Shown: positions 13,151 through 25,163 of the stretch, in pieces
Layout of the letters: each line of letters opens with the position of its first letter
Numbering within the stretch: position 1 is the stretch's first letter
NCBI GenBank assembly: GCA_009914755.4
Contig: CP068257.2
Coordinates: 21,280,001 to 21,344,000 of the forward strand
Source of the DNA: the human T2T-CHM13v2.0 reference genome, Homo sapiens
DNA length: 64,000 bases
Direction: 5' to 3'
Notes under the pieces: model-generated
What the model was told of the DNA's origin: nothing
The model's database searches: none
What the model saw: only the letters and a program-made list of their open reading frames with translations
Program-made: the position numbers and the translations under genes

Positions 13151-14690
13151 AATTACATGTGGTTTTTTTATTACATCATTAGGTAAGAGAGATATTCTAC
13201 TAGAGTCTACAATAGAAGTTGGCAGATTTTGTCTGTAATGGACAAGACAGTAGATATTTAAGTTTTGCAAGAAACAAATATTCCTACCATATTTTTGTTT
13301 TGTTTTATTTTTAGGATCCTTTGAAATCTAAAAACCATTCTTAGCTCAAAGGCATGAAAATACAGGCCAGATTCGACCCATGAACTGCAGCTTGCCAATT
13401 CTTGATCTAGATGATCATATTCCCTGTAGACTGTATAGTAACCGACAGAAGGAAAATTAACATAGCCCTAGGGAAAAGAGTAAAATGTCCTGTTGTTCCT
13501 TTCATTGTTTCTGATCTTTCTACTGATGAGGACTGAAAATAATACACTTGTCAGACCAATTGCTGCATATTGAGTGCCAGATGCCATGTTGATTAGTGCT
13601 AGGAAAATATCCCGTAACTGGCAAGTATGCTGAGATTTAAAGTTAACTAATTGGTTAAGTTTAGTGTATTCCATATCATTCAGCTTGATCTATCTGGTTT
13701 TGAAAGAGAATATGATGGGGATCATCATGCCTTCAAGCTTTCAGTCATTGCGGAAATTGACCTCAGAATATGAAATTGATTGTAATTTCTTTTCATGACA
13801 ATACTCTCTCACATCTGGGAACAACCTGTGGTTTATGTTTGTTGCTTAATATATCTATGTTAGTTAAGCAGGTGAGAACTGGGAAAATGGTCACTAATTG
13901 AAAATTCAAAAATTTGTGGTCAAATTGTAAGAGTCCCGACATCATACCCCATTTGTATCTAGCATCCATTAGCTCCCCCATTATAAATAGGAGGCTGTAA
14001 TAACATTCCTGTTTCTTACTATCAAGACCCTATAACAATAGCCATCAAATTCTTTTGGTATTCAGTTTTTTCCATTACACTTTTCCTTTGGGAAAAACCA
14101 GAGGTAAAAAAGCCATTTATATGGTTATGGTATAGCAGTATTTCAAAATCTTTTTGCAAGATAACTCTGTATCTCTTTTAATATATTGACAATGGGTTTG
14201 TAAACTGACTCAGATCAAGAAATGGGTGAGGACTTTTAATTTTCCATTGCCATAGCTGACATCAGCCTGTTTCTTATCAACTCTTCATTCTTTTTGGTTT
14301 GTAAAAGTCAAGTCATTATTTAATTGCCTTTCTATCTTCATGGTTAAGACTTTGCAATTTATTAGCCAATGCCATAGACTTATGATTTGAGTTTCTTAAG
14401 ATCAAGGCCCCCTGGTTCTCACTGTACCTTTGTTGCCCTTCTGATGTTCATGCTCACATTGTCTCTAATGGTTAAGGGTCAACATTGCATTTTTGCTATT
14501 CAAAATCACATCATATTATCACTCTTATCCCACATTTATCTAGTTCTATGAAAAAAAATGTTCTATCATCCACCCAGAACTATAGAGGACATTTGATATG
14601 TAGCCATCCAATCATGCAGGTTCTGTTCCTTCCTGCTTTAGTAATGTATGTCCTCTAGGGGTTCCTGGTGAGTATAACATGCTCAATTCC

Positions 14691-14890
14691 CTGAGTCTTC
14701 TAAATCTTTCTACAAAAGAGTTCTGTCATCCTCAACTCATGATATTAGGGCATTGCTGAATGCAACTTTCAAGGAACCATGCTAGAAGACATCCCAGAAC
14801 ACTATATGTATGTATTATTGATAGAATATTAAATCCTGAGACTAGGAAAGTGCTCTCATGACTTCATGTCAATTAACTTTTTCTTATATA
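14691..14890 (+). repeat. Second copy of the about 200-bp low-copy segment (see 12331-12545)
   Basis: ctgagtcttctaaatctttctacaaaagagttctgtcatcctcaactcatgatattagggcattgctgaatgcaactttcaaggaaccatgctagaagacatcccagaacactatatgtatgtattattgatagaatattaaatcctgagactaggaaagtgctctcatgacttcatgtcaattaactttttc. Confidence 0.85.
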
Positions 14891-17568
14891 GCCATATAAT
14901 CTGTTGAATCTAGTTCAGCATACTTAGAATATATCCTCACATGTTTTCCATCCTTCTTAGTTATCTCGATCTAGCAACTCTATCAGGGAATAAGCAATTT
15001 TCTTTGGGAGCAGGGGTACAGACTTCTCTCTGCAGTTTATACAGAGGCCTGGCCATAATGATTAGTCTGGATGCAATGAAGATAAGCTGGATAAGACATT
15101 AAAAAAAAAACAAACACCACCAAGGGATATCGGCCTTAGTGAGGTGTTTGTACTGTCTCCAGGCCAGGAAAGGCTGCTTCTGCTTGCAAGAGGAGGGTTA
15201 TTTCTGCTCAAACAGAAATTTCAGAATTGAGGACTGTAAGATTATCCAATGTACTCATACAGATGTCCCGTACTGAATAGTAGGATTCATTTCTTCCCTA
15301 TCGATGCACTGACTCTAAAATAGAAGACATCTCAAAAATATTTAGTCTCTTCTCACTTTTGCTATTGTTATGATTAGTCCTGGGCCTAATTTCTAACACT
15401 ATTTGTCCTATTGTCTTAGACGATAAGGGCTTTTTAAATTGCCAGCATGAAGATTTTCATTGTACTCTCAGGTGATAATTGCCTGAGGTGAACTGGTCAT
15501 TTTTTTTCCAAGGCCAGCAATGTCACAATTTTAATGTTACTATGGAATTCTGGAGATCACAAGCTAGAGTTACTGCTTAACACAAAGGTTTCTCTTCTAC
15601 TTGAAGTTAATCCTAATCTGCTGAAGTTGATATTCTTAGTAGTTGTGATCCTGCAACACATTAAGTGTTATCAGTAACTCACATATCAACAGCAATGGAG
15701 CTTCAGTTGACATAGTCTGATGAGTAAACAAGGATTTGTTATTTGAGTTTATTTCTAGTGCTAAGTACCTTAGGTTGAATTTAGCCAAAAGCAGAAACAT
15801 TGATAAGGTCTTGAATCAAGTTTATGTATTTGGAAGGCTATCGTGGGAAATAAAAATCAAGGAAGGGAGTGAGACAGAGAAGTATGAAAACCCAGAAATG
15901 GTGGGTTATTTAGGTGATTCTGTGGCATTGGCTGTTAGTTATGCTGGGGTCCCTTTAAGAAACTGTGAAATGCCTCTTAAGAACACAGGAGAAGGAAAAG
16001 AGACTGAGACATTTATCTACCAGCGCTGTTGCAGATTGGTTGAGGGTTGTTCACAGGACATTATCTAGCCCACAATCCTAGGTTGCAAGTGTGTGCCTTC
16101 TGAAGATGTTGCTGTGACTTTTAAGAAAGGCTTGAAGCAGAAAAACAAATACATAATGCAGCAGGTTTCTGCTGTGGGCTGCAAGTCAGCATGCTCAGTG
16201 TCATCCACAAAAACTGCAGCTGAAATCAAAGGCAAGCCAAGGGAGGATGTGCCACCGGCCACTAGAAACATCTGCTACATGTGAAATAATTTATTTTAGA
16301 TAATCATGCTGTCATATATTAGAATAATTAGGTAACACATTTAATAATATTTTATCTCCAATTTTAGCACATAATCGCTAAGAAGACAAAGAACTACAAT
16401 ATACATTTGCTAACTTTGCCATTAAAAATAAATTTTGTATAACTACTGTGTATATTTTGATTAGAAATAGTTGCATGTTTTAAAGATTGAAAAGATAATA
16501 TATCTTTATTTTAAAAAAACACAATAAGGAAAGAATAAGGTTAAATATAATTTTGCTAACTCTAAGAAATTTACTTTTTTATTATAACCATGGAAAAAGT
16601 TCTAGTTATTCCTTGATACTTTTGCATTGATGAATTAAAACCATAACCAAAGGTCCTATGTTTCAACTATATGATTTGGAAGATATTTCTCAAACATGCG
16701 TAACCTAAAAAAATTATGACTCATCTTAATATAGGCATATAAAATTATCCTTTTAATTTTTAAACAGATAATGCAATAATTATTATTGCTAGTTTTAAGT
16801 CTGTATATAAATTAAAAACCACAATTTTTAATTAAAATGTATGTCAATTTAACGTTTAATATGAAAGGAATGCTATACATGATATATGTTAATATACTCT
16901 TATCATTACCACTGCAGTGGCAGATATTGTCAAATGTTATTAGATAATCTGCATTTGAAAAAATAAAATATTCCATTTATTTAATTGAAGGTTAGTTCCT
17001 TATAAATACATTTTCGTTATAAGATAATCGGCCTTTTGGGTTTCTCTTGGCTATATACACTGTGAGTACTTTTTAGATTGTCTATTTTACAACATATTTA
17101 TAAAAGTTATATGTTTAATACAGATTTTTGATGTTTGCATATGTTTGTATATATATACATATGTGTATTATTTATGTGTACATAGACTATATATATATAT
17201 ACATATACACATTTGGATGTTACTCATGATGTGTATGTGTGTTTAACCTGTAGTAGCATTAATTTATATGCATGAAATATATAAATAATAAATTTTGGTT
17301 CTTTTGTGTTATATACAGAGGATATTTCCACCTAAAATTTATAAAAATTAACATACATATTTTCTTCTTAATATGCAATTTAATTTAGTGTTTACTATTA
17401 ACATTGTGCCCATTTGTACTTTATTTTTCCATCTAGAATTGGAATTCACTTACCTCAATTGTGTGGGTCAATAAATTGCTTTTATTTTGTAAGCAATTTC
17501 AAGCCCAGTGTTCTGTTATTCGCAACTGAAAAAAAAAATCCTAACTTGTTCTTCTTTAAAATCTCAGC

Positions 17569-17731
17569 GAATGACTTTAGAAAAATGAGAATGTGTGGTT
17601 CCTTTACCATCCTGCACTCCACAAAAAAAAGATCAGATGTAAATCTGGCAGAGAGGATCAGAACTGGGTGCCTCTCTTGGTTCTTCTCTCTCAGTGTTGA
17701 CTCCATCCACAAACTCTCTTGGTGCTTTTTC
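17569..17731 (+). other. Exon-like segment (speculative): polypyrimidine tract and AG acceptor at 17545-17568, 163-nt frame with no stops, consensus donor CAG|GTAAGT at 17729-17737
   Basis: 'aatcctaacttgttcttctttaaaatctcag|CGAATGACTTTAGAAAAATGAGAATGTGTGG...CTCTTGGTGCTTTTTCAG|gtaagttca'. The open frame is NDFRKMRMCGSFTILHSTKKRSDVNLAERIRTGCLSWFFSLSVDSIHKLSWCFF, which I do not recognise. A second AG/GT-bounded micro-segment lies at 18004-18025. Confidence 0.12.
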
Positions 17732-19454
17732 AGGTAAGTTCAATTTAAATTAGAAAATGAGATTTTCTATCTTCTAAAACCTACGTCACAATTTATAAGG
17801 TTAATGTTTTCTTTTCAATTTGATTAAAAACTCTTGGTGAATTCAATAGTTAGGCTCTCATAAATCTGCATAGATAAATATTGGTCCCTCTATATTGGTT
17901 GTAAAATAATTCTGAAAGAAATAATCTTCTATTTGTGTGGAGTTTGTACTATAAAATCTTGTGCAACCTTTAACGCCCTCTTTTTTTCTCTTTGGAAAAG
18001 TGGGTATGGCAGGAGCTTGACGGTAAGTTAATTAGTAGCATAATCTAGTGTCTCTGAAGACAATCATTGAATTTCTCCCAATGGTTCTTTCCATGATATT
18101 TAAGGAAAAGTAGCAGGTATCAGGGAAAGGAAAATATGGTATTAAGTTTATACATTCCTCCTATTTTTCTTTCCTGAAGAGCATAAGAATATACCTGTCT
18201 TTATTGGCTTTGATGTTAAAACTAATTAACTAAAAAAACTTCAAAATTAGGTGTGATTCTATCCCTTTTTCTCAAGTCCCTACATTGATTTATAAAGTAA
18301 ACATTCCCAATGCCAACACTTTCATTAAATTTGATTAGGAAAAATTTGATTTGTGAATGTTGTAATTTTATTTCACTATTAAGGAATTATCTATACCTGC
18401 CTGCTTAACTGCCTATTTCATGTGTCTCTCAGAAAGACTTTTCATGGTTTAAGAAGCAGAAAACCAGGTTGCCTATTCAAAGATTTCTTCATACAATTAG
18501 GAGAGAAAGGCTGAACCTGACAGCCAAGATGTCTTTAATTTAAAAGTCTTCGAGATATTGTTCCTTGGAGAAGGAGAATATTAGTAGGGTCATTTAATAT
18601 GTCACAACTTTTTTTTTTCAATAAACATTGAACCGTACCCTGACCCAGAACTGACTGTGTGCAAAGCATTTTGTCTTGCATCAATTCATAGAGTTTGTGT
18701 TTTAAGTTTGAAAAAATTCCCAAATTTCGAGAACTCTTGTGTTTTTACTACCATATTTAGTCTCTTATGACAAAGCAATAGGTAGTGAATGAGAATCAGC
18801 GTCTAATGAAGTTTTAGCAATGTATTGTTTACATAGTTTACATACTGGAAGCCTGACTAATGAAAGAGTAAATTAATGAATAAGGTAAAGCAAAGATAGC
18901 TAATGTCAACAAAGTCTCCTATATCATCTTTTCTGCATAGAAATAATTTATTATAAAATGCATACTTTTAGAAAGAACAAAGAATAAGGAGAGAATCTTA
19001 CATTCTATGTTTTCTATTTAGCTTAATCTAATTTTGAGTTACTTCTTTCTGGACATGCAAGTTTATACATTTAGTTCAAACATTTCAAAAGGATATCTAA
19101 CAACAGGACTATAAAATTGAAGATTTGAAGATAAGTCATCATAACTACATTTTTGGTCAAGAGCCAATGAAGTAACGTGAAATTCAGTGATTCTTTTCAA
19201 TGTTTACATTTCAATACAATTGCACTGAACACAAAAAGTTATAAAAATGCTTCTTTAATTTAGTAACAATTTAATATAACAGAATTTTCATATAGATGTT
19301 TTTTGAAAAGTGTTGTTTTATGCTCACTACACAATGGAAGTGACATTTAAATCATACTTAAATATTTTTATCAACATTATGATTAAATTTTGTTCTTTCC
19401 TTTGTGACCTCTTTTTGTACTTTGAAATTGTTTTCTTTTTCTTTTATTCACTTT

Positions 19455-20838
19455 ATTTTAAGTTCAGGGCGGGGTACGTGTACAGATTTGTTATATAGGT
19501 AAACTCATGTAACAGGGGTTTGTTGTACAGATTACTCCATCACTTGGGTACTAAACCTAGAAGCCAATCATTATTTTTTCTGATCCTCTTCCTCCTACCA
19601 CCTTTCACCCTCTGGTAGGCCCCAGTGTCTTGTTCCCTCTATGTATTCATGTGTTCTCATATTTTAGCTCCCACTTACAAGAGAGAACATGAGGTGTTTG
19701 CTTTTCTCTTGCTGCATTAGTGTGCAGGAAAATGGTCTCCAGCTCCATTCATGTTCCTGCAAAAGAAATGTCCTCATGCTTTTTTATGGCTGCATAGTAA
19801 TCCATGGTGTATATGTTCCATGTTTTCTTCATACAGTCTACTGTTGATGAGCATTTAGGTTAAGTCCTTGTCTTTGCTGTTGTGGCTAGTGCTACAGTGA
19901 AGATACTGTCATTTTTTTATGATAGAATAATGTATATTTCCTTGGGCATATACCCAGTAATGTGATTGTTGGGTTGAATGGTAGTTCTGTTTTTAGGTCT
20001 CTGAGGAATTGCAACACTGTTTTCCACAGTGGTTGAACTAACTTAGATTCCCACGACATTTGATATTAGCTATCTTTGCTTTACCTTATTCATTAGAAAA
20101 AAAATGTTTTTTGTAAAACGAAAGGCATTTCTTTTTCTCTCAGCCTTGCCAGTGCCTGCTATTTTTTGACATTTTAGTACTAGTCATTCTGACCAGTGGG
20201 AGATGGTATCTCATTGTGGTTTTGATTCGCATTTCTCTATTGATCAGTAATGTTGAGCCTTTCCTCATATGATTATTGGCCACATGTATGTCTTCTTTTG
20301 AAAAGTGTCTGTTCATGCCCTTTGCCTACTTTTTAAGGGGTTGTTTGCTTTTTCCTTGTAAATTTGTTTCAGTTCCTTATAGATACTGAATATTAGATCT
20401 TTGTCAGATGCATAGTTTGCAAATTTTTTCTCCATTGTGTAGGTTGTCTGTTTGCTCTGTTGATAGTTTCTTTTGCTGTGCAGAAGCTCTTTAGTTTAAT
20501 TAGATCCCATTCGTCAGTTTTTGCTTTAGTTGAGATGGCGTTTGGTGTCTTCATCATGAAGTCTTTGTCCATTCCTATGCCAATAATGGTATTGCCTGGA
20601 TTGTCTTCCAGGGTTTGTATAGTTTTGGCTTTTACATTTAAGTCTTTAATACATTTTGAGTTGATTTTTGTGTATGGTGGAAGGAATAGAGCCAGTTTCA
20701 ATCTTCTGCATATGATTAGCAAGTTATCTCACATTATTTATTGAATAGGGAGTCCTATTCCCATTGCTTATTTTTGTCAGCTTTCTCGGGTTATTATAGG
20801 TGTGCAGCCTTATTTCTGGGCTCTCTATTCTGTTCCAT
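19455..20838 (-). mobile_element. L1 fragment, minus strand: 3' end and ORF2 C-terminal third (older L1PA/L1PB-like)
   Basis: Reverse complement of the L1 3'UTR begins at 'aagttcagggcggggtacgtgtacagatttgttatataggtaaactcatgtaacagggg'. Minus ORF 20393..20722 holds …[28 protein letters not shown]…. Confidence 0.9.
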
Positions 20839-20861
20839 TTCAATGAAATATCAATTTCATT

Positions 20862-21340
20862 GAGCTGGATTAAAGACTTAAATGTAAAACCAAAAACTAT
20901 ACAAACCCAGGAAGAGAACCTAGGAAATACCATTCTTGGCATAGGAATGCCAAAGATTTCATGATGAAGACACCAAAAGCCATTGCAAGAAAAGCAAAAA
21001 CAGATGAATGGGATCTAATTAAACTAAAGAGCTTCTGCACAGCAAAAGAAACTATCAACAGAGTAAACAGATAACTTACATGATGGAAGAAAAAATTTGC
21101 AAACTATGCATCTGACAAAGGTCTTATATTCAGCATCTTTAAGGCACTTACAGAAATTTACAAAAAAAAGCAAACAACCCCTGAAAAAGTAGGCAAAGGG
21201 CATGAACAGACACTTTTCAAAAGAAGACATACATGTGGCCAATAACCATATGAAAAAAAAGCTCAATATCACTGATCAATAGAGAAATGCAAATCAAAAC
21301 CACAATGAGATACTGTCTCATACCAGTCAGAATGACTTGT
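20862..21340 (+). mobile_element. L1 ORF2 fragment in plus orientation (about 480 bp). It sits directly against the minus-strand L1 and overlaps it in L1 coordinates.
   Basis: The plus-strand translation is clearly L1 ORF2-derived but degenerate, with frameshifts. One frame reads …[72 protein letters not shown], and after a frameshift it reads …[58 protein letters not shown]. Sequence: '...aatgggatctaattaaactaaagagcttctgcacagcaaaagaaactatcaacagagtaaacag...gaaatgcaaatcaaaaccacaatgagatactgtctcataccagtcagaatgac'. Confidence 0.9.
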
Positions 21341-21344
21341 TTTG

Positions 21345-21650
21345 AGACAGAATATATGGTCTATCCTTGAGAATTATCATGTGCTGAGGAAAAGAATATG
21401 TATTCTGTAGTTGTTGGATTAAGTGATCTGTATATATCTGTTAGATCCATTTGGTCTATTGTGTAGATTAAGTCCGATGTTTCCTGATTTTTTGTCTGGA
21501 AGATCTGTTCGGTGCTAAGAGTTGGGGATTGAAGTCTCCAGCTATTATTGTACTGGGGCCTATCTCCCTCTTTAGCTTAATAATATTTGCTTTATATATC
21601 TAGGTGCCCCAATATTGGTTGCATATTTTGAGTTGGGTTTCATTGCTTGT
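21345..21650 (-). mobile_element. L1 fragment, minus strand, from the ORF1-ORF2 junction / ORF2 start region
   Basis: 'cagaatatatggtctatccttgagaattatcatgtgctgaggaaaagaatatgtattctgtagttgttggattaagtgatctgtatatatctgttagatccatttggtctattgtgtagattaagtccgatgtttcc...ggggattgaagtctccagctattattgtactggggcctatctccctctttagcttaataatatttgctttatatatctaggtgccccaatattggttgcatat' is the reverse complement of the L1 5' ORF2 region. Confidence 0.85.
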
Positions 21651-22904
21651 AACCCAAAAGAGAGAAATTTAATACAGGTATTGATATATAACAGAGGGTT
21701 TTGCAAGTGACAAACCTTATAATATAGAATTAGCTGAGCTAATCATGAGGATGGACTGGACACTGCCTCCATTCCCATTGGGTTGTTGGAAACCTCACTG
21801 TATAAAACCCAAACATTGTTATGAAATGTTCTCTGCCATGCCTTGGGATTCAGAATCATTGGACTGAGAATTTTAAGGAATTTTGTAGGACACTTTCCAG
21901 ATGTTTGTTTATTTTGGCTAGTTGTGCCTGTCAACAGGATTAAAAAGGTAGTGTCAGATAGTATTTGGTCATGCAAACAATTATACCAGAAGGTAATTAA
22001 TTTGCATTGTGCATGCATACACCTGGTGGAAAAGGTACTTCTCACCAAGACATACCCGACACATACCTTAAACTCTTCTTCCATCCTGATGTGAAGACTG
22101 TGATGCAATTATTATGTCAGAGCCTAGAAAATTCAAGAGGCTCCACTTCTTTATATGCATACACATTTATATGTATGATATGATATAAAATATGCATCAT
22201 TAATTCTTTTTCAACTCACTGAGATAAAGTAGTTCAATGGCTAGATAGCAATCATGATAATGTTGAATTTTTTCAGAAAAAAAGCAAAGTTGTATTGGAT
22301 CAAGTTCATCCAGAATCCAGGCAATGCCTTTGCTACAGACATATTTATAACTTAACACTTTTGCAAGAATTTTTCAGGGACACTCTCTCATTGACTGGTG
22401 GCAGAATGTAACAGTATTAATGGACATAAGAGCTTAGGTCCTCTTGTGAGAAAGTGATAAATGGTCTTATTTCTTTCGGTTCCATTGTTCAGTATATCTC
22501 TTTGAGTAAATGCTGAAGACTGTAATAAATTCTCATCATATTTCCAGAACCTCTTCTTTATAGTGAAGGTTGTTTGGATATGAGCTTGCCAGCACTTTCC
22601 AATAAAACTTCACTGTCAAAACGTCAATTAAAGTAAAATTTGTCAGTTTGTCTAAAAGTTGGATTAATGTTAATCACGTCCTGAAATAGATGCCTACTTT
22701 GATGTGTGGTTTAAAAAAATTAAGGATTATTGCACTTCTAGAAATATATTCATTTTCTTCATGTCTTATTTTTCAAAGAACTTCCAGCATAGCACAATAT
22801 TATTTTTTTCTTTAAATTTTATATATTCTATAAATATCACTGCACTAAGTGGTAAAAACTATTTTATTTTATTCAAAAAATAAAGTTTCATCACCTATCA
22901 CTAC

Positions 22905-22995
22905 CTATACATATATATAGTGATAGATAATCAATATAGACATAGAAATAGATATAGTTGATATAGGTATAGATGTAGACATAGACATAAAGAGT
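22905..22995. repeat. Degenerate (ATAG/GATA)-type low-complexity repeat
   Basis: atatatatagtgatagataatcaatatagacatagaaatagatatagttgatataggtatagatgtagacatagacataaag. Confidence 0.6.
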
Positions 22996-24856
22996 GTGAA
23001 TGAAACTGCAGGCTTTTCACATTCTTAATTATGTAAGTGCTCTTACTATTACAACTTTGTCAGGCAAACACAAATTAAACCTAACTTATTACCATTGCAA
23101 ATTCTGAGATTACAAGAAGATTTGAATCTTGACTTTGACACCCAATAGCTCTATGATGCTGGACAAGTTGTGGAACTTCTATAAACTTCATTTTCTTAAC
23201 CTAAATAATAGATATATAATGGTTTAATATGAAAAATAATTGACATAAATTATTCAAAGCTGTTGGAAGAGCCCTGGTTACCTAATAAATAGCCATAAAT
23301 ATTGGTTGATTGCATTGTCACCACTGTTGTAAATCTTTTTATTGTTACTATGAAATATATCTTAGCCACTCAGCCACAAATTATATACATATGTATATAT
23401 ACCAAGATGGAATACACACACACACATGCACACACACATGTACATAATATTTCAAGGATGTGGCTGGTGATTTTCTATTATAGCAAAATTACATATTCAT
23501 AAACTGACAGTTTCTTAAAGTTGTATATTATTTATAGATTCCACATTCATGTTACTTTGTGAAATTAAGATGTTATGCCCATCTGAAATTTTAATACTTA
23601 AGGGTATACTTTTCTTTTTACATAGACAATTTAGAATAATAAAACTAGATTTAAAATTTTAAACCAGAGATTTTGGTAGAATCTGGTGGGAGTTCTATCC
23701 CTCCTACTGCCTGGCCATGAGATCTCAGGGATGCATGTATTTTGTCTGAATCAAAAACCTACTTAGTACCATCATGAGTACTGCAAATGTGGCATTATGT
23801 GCCATTATAAGACTCCCAACAGAGTCTGAATTTCCAAATATATTTGTATGTTTAAAATAAACTTTAAAAACTCTACTGATAAAATAAGTTGAAAACTTGA
23901 AAATTGTAAATGTTAAAAAGTAAGAATAAAGGCCATGAATTCCTCCACTAGAGAAAACCCTTGCTAAAATCGTAGGTCATGTCTTTCCAATCCTTCTGTG
24001 GATCCAAAAACGTGTTTCCTTCAATCAGACACTGGGCAGGTAAGAAACATGATGTTTGTATCTTTTGAAAATTATAAAGAACTTGCAACCAAAAAACTTG
24101 CATTGAGTTATTTAAGATTTATACATTTCAATAATTTAAACCACAGTTCCAAATAGCCTCACATGCTTCTACCTCCAAAGGCCTTCTCTTTTGTTCCCAC
24201 ACTACACTTTCTGTCTTAATATCCTCCTTTCTCAACTCTGCCCTTTCCAGAAATTTTTGTCTTAAGGAACTCAGGAAAATTTTTCTTTCCATGTCTCTGT
24301 GGCTAAAAAGACAGACAATTAACCTTTAAATTACGCTTTTCTTGTAAAATCTGCTTGAATTACTTTTTATTTATTCAATGATCAGTGGAATTTTACATTA
24401 TTATTAATTTTTATATTGTGAGAGAGTGTCTTATCAACCCAAATTATAAAGATAATCACAGATAATTATAAGATTTGCATGTACTGAGTTTATGGGCACT
24501 ATTATTTTTCTAAATTCTTAAAAAAGTTATATATTAATTTTTCTAAACAGAAAATAATATCTTAAAATAATCTTTAGAAATGTAAACACCCCTTGAGTTG
24601 TCAAATCCTTTTAGGGAAAAAAAAATTTATCCCAAGGAGAAAAATATCAACATAGTGCAACACTATTTCTCACCAAGGATGTTCTTTATGGAAACTATGT
24701 AGCTTTTAATGTTGATACTAGCCTCATGAGTCAATAAGAAACACTGTGTTTAGTTTAAAGGGGTGAAGTAACCCAAAGCAAAGACAGATTTTTTTTTTTA
24801 ATTTTGTTGAGAAACAAGTTTTCTGAATATGATGAACTCAGGGGAAAGTTGTCAAG

Positions 24857-25163
24857 TTTTTTGTTTGTTTGTTTGTTTTGTTTTTTTAGACAGTCTTGCT
24901 CTGATGCCCCAGGCTGGAGTGCAGTGATGGATTGGCTCACCCTGCAACCTTTGCCTCCCGGATTCAAGCAATTCTCCTGTCTCAGCCTCCCGAGTAGCTG
25001 GGACTACAGGCACAGGCCACCATGCCTGGCTAATATTTGTATTTTTAGTAGAGACAGGGTTTCACCATATTGGTCAGGCTGATCTTGAACTCCTGACCTC
25101 AGGTGATACGCCTGCCTCAGCCTCCCAGTGTTGGGATTACAGGCATGAACCGCCATGCCAGGC
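24857..25163 (-). mobile_element. Alu SINE, minus strand, with a (TTTG)n-type tail on the left
   Basis: 'ttttgtttgtttgtttgttttgtttttttagacagtcttgctctgatgccccaggctggagtgcagtgatgg...gattacaggcatgaaccgccatgccaggcc'. Confidence 0.93.

Noticed and set aside
13300-16300. Possible ERV or LTR-internal sequence in the repeat-poor block, for example around 13360-13560 and 14880-15450.
   Set aside because: I could not match it to any consensus I remember, so I left it unannotated rather than guess.
19455-21340. Twin-priming L1 inversion.
   Set aside because: The inverted plus-strand piece overlaps the adjacent minus-strand fragment in L1 coordinates: both encode the ORF2 '[20 protein letters not shown]' region. 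That is incompatible with the simple twin-priming product, so I describe it only as a mosaic.
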